Below are positions 60,801 through 64,000 of a DNA stretch of 64,000 nucleotides, piece after piece. The stretch spans positions 95,666,001-95,730,000 of the forward strand of contig CM126210.1 in NCBI GenBank assembly GCA_052327205.1, given 5' to 3'. The stretch is from Somniosus microcephalus (taxonomy: Eukaryota). Within the stretch, counting starts at the first letter, position 1. The number at the start of each line of letters is the position of its first letter. The translations under genes were made by a program, and so were the position numbers. The notes beneath the pieces were generated by a model. That model had not been told where the DNA came from. It did not search any database and saw nothing but the letters and a program-made list of their open reading frames with translations.

Positions 60801-62048
60801 GGCAAGTAGGTGGAGCTATGGGCGGAGTCAGCAGTGGTCAGCCCAGGTATAACAGCGTGGCAAGAGGCGACCTCGTGTAGTGATACAACAGTGTAAACAA
60901 ACAGTGATAACCATAGTGTAACGGTAGTGAACGATAAAAGTGGTTTACTACAATACTTCCCTGCGTTAAAGGTTTGAAAATGTTCTACATGTGGAAAGAG
61001 ACAAGCCACACTAATTTCACTTTCTGGTTGAGCGGTATAAAAGACTTGAATGTTCAAAATGACGACTGCTATTTTTTCCACACGCTACCCACAGTAAACC
61101 ACAGAGTAATCTAACAATTTGCCAAAACCATCCCAGCCCTACCCTGGAATCAAAATTGCCTCTCATACGTTTAGGGGTGTGCCGCACAAAATCAAATCCA
61201 TCACTAGATCTCTGTAAATGATGTTATCACAGTTAGCTGCTGGAGTAGGTCAACACTCCTGAAGCAGTATCCAGCACATTCTAACTCACACCACTGTCCT
61301 GGCACTTTGCCACATCTGGAGGTCCAGTTAGTATCCACCACCACAGAACCCTCGAGTGAACCATCGCAGAAATCATCTGTCCTGGCTTCATGTATGTCAA
61401 GTCAAGCTCTACAACATTTGTGGCTGGGGCAGTTAGTGTAATTTGTCGCAAAGAAAGTCTTGTACATTCAGGAACCTCCCTTTCAGAGTTGGGATAAAAT
61501 AAATTTGCTTCACTCGAAAATCATTCAAAATATTGCAAATATCAAAACGGACAATTTTGGTTCATATCTCAGTAAACTGAGATGCACAGTAAAGAAAGTT
61601 GGACGGGCACAGCCCAGAAATCTGCATTACCTTCACAAAGGGGAAAGCCGGCCCCTCCTTCAGCGGCTCCTCTTCATGTTCCTGCTGATGTTTCACGTAA
61701 CTTTCCAGTCCTTGCGCCTCGTATATTTTTCTTTCCTCCACCATATTAAAGAGGCAGCGAGAAGACACCGCGATCGTGACGGCATACTGAGACTTGGGCT
61801 AGCAAAAAACATGCAAAATTCACGGATTATATTCTTGTTCAAAAGGTTCAATCGGTCGCACGAGAAAACCTTTCCGTTCCTTTCATACTCACAGTTCGTA
61901 GTTTCTTTTTAGAAGTTAGGCTTTCAAATTGCTCCTTTGCAGCCTCCCAGTTGATTTCTGTATTGTCAGAGCCTCCTTTGACCTGCTCTTTGCTTTGAGC
62001 AACGGTGCCGGAACCTTTCTCCTGCGATTTGTTTTTATCTTCACTCAT
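435..62048 (-). CDS. NT5C1B: Cytosolic 5'-nucleotidase 1 (cN-I; NT5C1A-like/NT5C1B), spliced CDS join(complement 61893-62048, 61631-61798, 48973-49102, 42404-42526, 2912-3096, 435-800), 375 aa
   Basis: Six exons (156+168+130+123+185+366=1128 nt) with GT-AG boundaries splice in frame. Motifs seen: [96 protein letters not shown]. Family is certain. The 1B versus 1A call is tentative, based on FNMV..RKIYE and KKFYAKN. Confidence 0.93.
2912..3096 (-). CDS. NT5C1B: NT5C1 exon 5 (GIAAATMF...[18 protein letters not shown]...NPLAQ), catalytic DxD motif
   Basis: Acceptor gatttcAG, donor GTAAGA, 185 nt. Confidence 0.96.
3715..5760 (-). mobile_element. L2-clade LINE 3' portion (RT), interrupted by a CR1 fragment
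   Basis: ORF 4904-5770 carries [31 protein letters not shown]2-type 3' end near 3715; the sequence resumes across the CR1 insert (gaggggcg/gaagggcg duplication). Confidence 0.85.
4081..4967 (+). mobile_element. CR1 LINE 3' fragment inserted in L2
   Basis: [27 protein letters not shown]1 3' UTR ending in ccattctat. Confidence 0.9.
7397..8032. mobile_element. Harbinger-type MITE inserted in the CR1 endonuclease
   Basis: Ends GGGGCTAAAAATTTG / CAATTTTCCTCC with 3-bp flanks taa/caa. Subterminal tagttgctttgcgccctctta is shared with the Harbinger at 32717-36892. Confidence 0.75.
8258..11237 (+). mobile_element. Second CR1 (ORF2 APE-RT, frameshifted) nested inside the first
   Basis: [41 protein letters not shown] and its own 3' tail; gaaat duplicated at the junctions. 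Confidence 0.9.
13095..13929. mobile_element. ~835 bp Harbinger-type MITE, copy 1
   Basis: TIR GAGCACGATTTTCATT / AATGAAAATCCAGCCC, TSD ata; homologous to 26458-27302 and 44870-45690. Confidence 0.85.
14823..16345 (-). mobile_element. CR1 LINE fragment
   Basis: [31 protein letters not shown] on the minus strand. Confidence 0.88.
16583..16914. mobile_element. Tc1/pogo(Tigger)-like MITE
   Basis: TIR CAGGAAACTTTC / GAAAGTTTCCTG flanked by TA on both sides. Confidence 0.8.
17123..19146. mobile_element. Internally deleted PIF/Harbinger element (Myb/SANT gene remnant on +, transposase N-terminus on -)
   Basis: TIR GGCTGGAATTTTCTG / CAGAAAATTCCGGCC, TSD ata. Plus strand [28 protein letters not shown]; minus strand [28 protein letters not shown] matches the transposase N-terminus at 36.2 kb. 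Confidence 0.85.
19310..19415 (-). mobile_element. 3' tail fragment of the DeuSINE-like SINE
   Basis: Reverse complement matches the 3' end of 41769-42195. Confidence 0.7.
20420..21220. mobile_element. Degenerate MITE-like GC-rich element containing a short LINE-tail insert (about 20988-21059)
   Basis: Right end gttaaaattaccccc+att resembles the other Harbinger-type TIRs. The insert gggcaattagcgatgggcaataaatgctggcc matches the 31.75 kb LINE tail. Left end unclear. Confidence 0.45.
22920..23259 (-). mobile_element. tRNA-headed SINE (GAC-tail family), copy 1
   Basis: A box TGGCGTAGCGG, B box GTTTCGAACCC, (GAC)n tail, TSD attagcaac. Confidence 0.85.
23511..23854 (+). mobile_element. tRNA-headed SINE (GAC-tail family), copy 2
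   Basis: Same sequence in the opposite orientation; TSD cttttgcgc/ctcttgcgc. Confidence 0.85.
23954..25172. mobile_element. 1.2 kb foldback (palindromic) MITE
   Basis: GGCCCAGTAATTCC...GGAATTACTGGGCC; arms of about 600 bp are reverse complements around a short loop near 24562-24580. Confidence 0.9.
26458..27302. mobile_element. ~835 bp Harbinger-type MITE, copy 2 (inside a CR1 3' tail remnant)
   Basis: TIR GGGCAAGATTTTCATTG / CAATGAAAATCCACCCC, flanks tat/ttt. Confidence 0.85.
28589..31805 (+). mobile_element. Single-ORF non-LTR retrotransposon (APE-RT; CR1/Jockey-group-like) with a tRNA-like 5' head, degenerate
   Basis: [50 protein letters not shown] box at 28597-28607, B box at 28647-28659. 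Confidence 0.85.
33078..34931 (+). pseudogene. Harbinger Myb/SANT-like DNA-binding protein, 3 exons (33078-33313, 33654-33816, 33976-34931), disrupted
   Basis: [24 protein letters not shown]-(frameshift)-FNNL; [16 protein letters not shown]; GT-AG introns; stop or frameshift in exon 3. Confidence 0.8.
33463..33620 (+). repeat. ~54 bp tandem repeat x3 in the Harbinger intron
   Basis: Unit agtaagggctattcaactatggcaggcatttcaggcaagaccatggctgcatac. Confidence 0.85.
35241..36454 (-). pseudogene. Harbinger DDE transposase (HARBI1-like), with one stop and one frameshift
   Basis: [64 protein letters not shown]. Stop at about 35966, frameshift at about 35610. Confidence 0.92.
37590..40137. repeat. 2.5 kb polypyrimidine/polypurine minisatellite, unit about 25-28 bp
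   Basis: Units CCTCGCTTTCTTTCCCCCTTCCCCC grading into CCTCGGTTTCTTTCCCCCTCCCCCCA. Confidence 0.97.
40822..41587. mobile_element. Harbinger-type MITE
   Basis: Ends GGCCCTGAAATT / AATTACTGGGCC with flanks att/aat. The left end resembles 22469; the right end resembles the foldback arms. Confidence 0.8.
41769..42195 (+). mobile_element. tRNA-derived DeuSINE-like SINE (SacSINE1/AmnSINE-type core) with an L2-like tail
   Basis: tRNA-like head, core gtgccgtctttcggatgagacgttaaaccgag, tail tgtaaagtgctttgggacatcctgagg. Family name is from recall. Confidence 0.75.
42404..42526 (-). CDS. NT5C1B: NT5C1 exon 4 ([41 protein letters not shown])
   Basis: Translated by hand. Acceptor ttttttcaaacAG, donor GTAAGG, 123 nt. 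Confidence 0.95.
44010..46357 (-). mobile_element. CR1 LINE fragment interrupted by a MITE
   Basis: [35 protein letters not shown] and a 3' tail. Confidence 0.9.
44870..45690. mobile_element. ~820 bp Harbinger-type MITE, copy 3
   Basis: TIR GGGCAGGATTTTCATTG / CAATGAAAATCCAGCCC, TSD ttt. Confidence 0.88.
48500..48645 (+). mobile_element. CR1 3' end fragment
   Basis: Matches the tail of 8258-11237 (gatcagccatgatct...cctactcctgctcctat). Confidence 0.75.
48973..49102 (-). CDS. NT5C1B: NT5C1 exon 3 ([43 protein letters not shown])
   Basis: Translated by hand (not in the ORF track). Acceptor tttcttccAG, donor GTATGT, 130 nt. Confidence 0.95.
50967..51561. mobile_element. Tc1/pogo-like MITE with an internal GC-rich minisatellite
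   Basis: TIR CAGGTAGACTACCCTTTATC / GATAAAGGATAGTCTACCTG, TA TSD. About 38-bp units ccccgcggaccccgccggccccgacaaccgccga at 51125-51480. Confidence 0.88.
51624..54148. mobile_element. Internally deleted Harbinger element retaining a spliced Myb/SANT gene (- strand, from 53869)
   Basis: TIR GGGGTTGATTTTAACTC / GAGTTAAAATCGACCCC, TSD att; [39 protein letters not shown]; [16 protein letters not shown]. Confidence 0.88.
55780..56030 (-). mobile_element. 3' fragment of the 28.6 kb LINE family
   Basis: Reverse complement matches about 31570-31800. Confidence 0.8.
56332..56650 (-). repeat. 3' LTR (319 bp)
   Basis: As above, with an extra 28-bp internal duplication. Confidence 0.95.
56652..60631 (-). 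pseudogene. Gypsy gag-pol, broken into four ORFs
   Basis: [47 protein letters not shown] / PFGVTN / YLDN, RH SDASD, IN HHCC plus IDFKG / SDRGSSF / VERE. Confidence 0.92.
60655..60952 (-). repeat. 5' LTR (298 bp) with TATAAA (60791-96) and AATAAA
   Basis: Direct repeat of 56332-56650; by eye 4 substitutions and 3 indels. Confidence 0.95.
61631..61798 (-). CDS. NT5C1B: NT5C1 exon 2 ([14 protein letters not shown]...GPAFPFVK)
   Basis: Acceptor ttttttgctAG, donor GTAATG, 168 nt. Confidence 0.95.
61893..62048 (-). CDS. NT5C1B: NT5C1 coding exon 1 ([10 protein letters not shown]...[19 protein letters not shown])
   Basis: ATG at 62048, donor GTGAGT at 61892; WEAAK..F..L..KKK resembles the cN-I N-terminus. 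Confidence 0.85.
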
Positions 62049-62244
62049 CTTTAAAATGATTGTAAAGAACGGAAAGCTGGGATCGCTAATTCGGCAAGGC
62101 TCAACCTCCTGCAGTAATTGCAACAAGGAAGTGCCAATGTTGCCTCTGGGCGTTCCTGCACCCATGATTCTCTCTGAGTCTCAGGCGCGTCACTTCAACG
62201 GAAAGACTGTGATGAGGAAAGCTGAGCTGAATCCTAGCAGGCAT

Positions 62245-62960
62245 CATTCAACAACAACTACTTGTATTCAAATAGCGCCGTTAACATAGTAAAACGTCCC
62301 AAGGCGATTCACAGGAGTGCCATAATACAAAAATTTGACACTGAGCCGCATAAGGAGGTATTAGAGCACATAACCAAACGCTTGGTCAAAGATAGCAAAA
62401 TACTGCAGATGCTGGAATACGAAATAACAACAGAAAACGCTGCAAAAACTCAGCAGGCCAGGGCAGCATCCGTGGAGAGAGATACAGAGTTAACGTTAAC
62501 TCTGTTTCTCTCTCCACGGATGCTGTCCTGGCCTGCTGAGTTTTTCCAGCATTTTCTGTTGTTATTTCGCTTGGTCAAAGAGGTAGATTTTAAAGAATAT
62601 CTTGAAGGATCAGAGAGATGGAGAGGTTTAGGGAGGGAATTGCAGAGCTTAGGGCCTTGGCAGCTGAAGGCACGGCCACCAATGGTTGAGCAATTATAAT
62701 CGGGAATGCTCAAGAGGCCAGAATTAGAGGAACGCAGATATTTCGGGGAGTTGTGGGGCTGGAGAAGATTACAGAGATAGGGAGGGGCGAAGCCATGGAG
62801 GGATTTGAAAACAAGGATGAGAATTTTAAATTCGAGCCGTTGCTTAACCGGGAGCCAATGTAGGTCAGCGGGCACAGGGGTGATGAGTGAATGGGACTTG
62901 GTGCGAGATAGGACGGGCAGCCGAGGTTTGGATGAGCTCAAGTTTACGTATGGTAGAACA
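62245..62960 (-). mobile_element. L2 LINE 3' fragment just upstream of NT5C1
   Basis: LHWLPVKQRLEFKIL, GRAFSCQGPKL; homologous to 3715-5200. Confidence 0.85.
62393..62567. mobile_element. Short palindromic insertion, Penelope-like terminal fragment
   Basis: 14-bp TSD cgcttggtcaaaga; hairpin centred on gttaacgttaac. Penelope assignment is from recall. Confidence 0.65.
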
Positions 62961-63216
62961 TGTTCATTCAGTTCTATTGGGTAAATCCAAGGAAAGAGAT
63001 GCAATATATTGAAAACTTGATTTACTTTCTTCATAACAGTCCGCCAACTTAATTTTCCCAGGAAAAAGAACCCCTGATCCAGAAAACTACTTGTATTTGT
63101 TTGGAGTAACCTGGTGCATTTTTTAAAATCCCGTGTTCTCATTTCCTAGGTGTGGAAAGTGGTCCTAGGTCACTCAAAAAAGTACAGTTGGATAGAATGT
63201 AATTTCTATTAAGAGG

Positions 63217-63556
63217 TCGTTGTCGTACGTGTCTTCACACTGTTCCCTTTGGGGAACTGTATGAAGTGGTGGAAGGATTTCTGGCCACGTTAACGCTCCT
63301 TCCGTGACCGTAACCATCTTCATACCAGCCATTAGGGTGGTTAGTCCTATGGCGGGAGGGTTTTACGGGCTCCCACAACCCATACGAGGGGTGGGGCCAC
63401 CAACACCCACGGACGCAAGTATCCCGCTGGATGTCAACCCAGAATTTAGAGCCGGAGCTCCGACTCCACTTGCCGGGACTGTCTGGAGCGGGGTTCGAAA
63501 CCCTACACCTTCTGGCCCAGCGGCGGGGATGCTACCGCTACGCCAAAGGCCCACTC
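63217..63556 (-). mobile_element. tRNA-headed SINE (GAC-tail family), copy 3
   Basis: TSD ctattaagagg at 63206-16 and 63557-67. Confidence 0.88.
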
Positions 63557-63947
63557 CTATTAAGAGGTAAAGAACAAAAATGCAAATGTTAAATAAAAAC
63601 ATAAAATGCTAGAAATAATATGAATGGGTGGACAAATCCTGTGGTCCCACTGATTTCTGTGCATGAATTTCTGGACCTTAACATCGGGCGGGATGTAAAA
63701 TGGGCGTCTGACCTCCAAACCGCCCCATTTTGTTCGGCTGGGTTTGGTTAAAATTAAGGCTTCAGTGCCACAACTACTGAGGTCCCAAATTCCCATGCAG
63801 TGAGTTGCACTGCTTTTACGCCATAAGAGTTGTGCCTGCTGATGGTCTGGAGAGGTATTTACATGAGAATTTCCTATGTCCTTTCATTTGCACATTCATT
63901 GGAATGATGGCATAAAACCCATGAAAAACAGGAGTAAAACATTACAA

Positions 63948-64000
63948 ATCCTACATTACAACAGTGACTACACTTCAAAAGCACTTCATTGGCTGTAAAG
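63948..64000 (+). mobile_element. DeuSINE-like tail fragment running off the window
   Basis: cctacattacaacagtgactacacttc matches 42112-42140. Confidence 0.65.

Larger units (their letters stand above)
56332..60952 (-). mobile_element. Full-length Ty3/Gypsy LTR retrotransposon (two gag zinc knuckles, Mag-like), young but frameshifted
   Basis: TG..CA LTRs, 5-bp TSD ATACT (56327-31, 60953-57), PPT acaaggggtgaa; domain order gag-PR-RT-RH-IN. Confidence 0.96.

Noticed and set aside
56332-60952. Endogenous retrovirus
   Set aside because: No env; the integrase ORF ends at the PPT/LTR and the motifs are Ty3/Gypsy.

Overview
Eukaryotic, repeat-rich vertebrate DNA. The repeat content suggests a cartilaginous fish (inference). 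The only host gene is a 6-exon cytosolic 5'-nucleotidase 1 (NT5C1A/NT5C1B family) on the minus strand, CDS 62048->435, 375 aa, with all introns GT-AG and a 39 kb intron 4. The rest is nested transposable elements: CR1 and L2 LINEs, a single-ORF LINE with a tRNA-like head, tRNA-SINEs, a near-complete two-gene PIF/Harbinger plus deletion derivatives and MITEs, Tc1/pogo-like MITEs, an expanded hAT-like element holding a 2.5 kb polypyrimidine satellite, and a young full-length Ty3/Gypsy element. The most unusual signal is in the Gypsy element. It has no tRNA primer-binding site; that position instead holds a perfect 15-nt reverse complement of the LTR's own AATAAA region, and its RT motif reads YLDN rather than YxDD.
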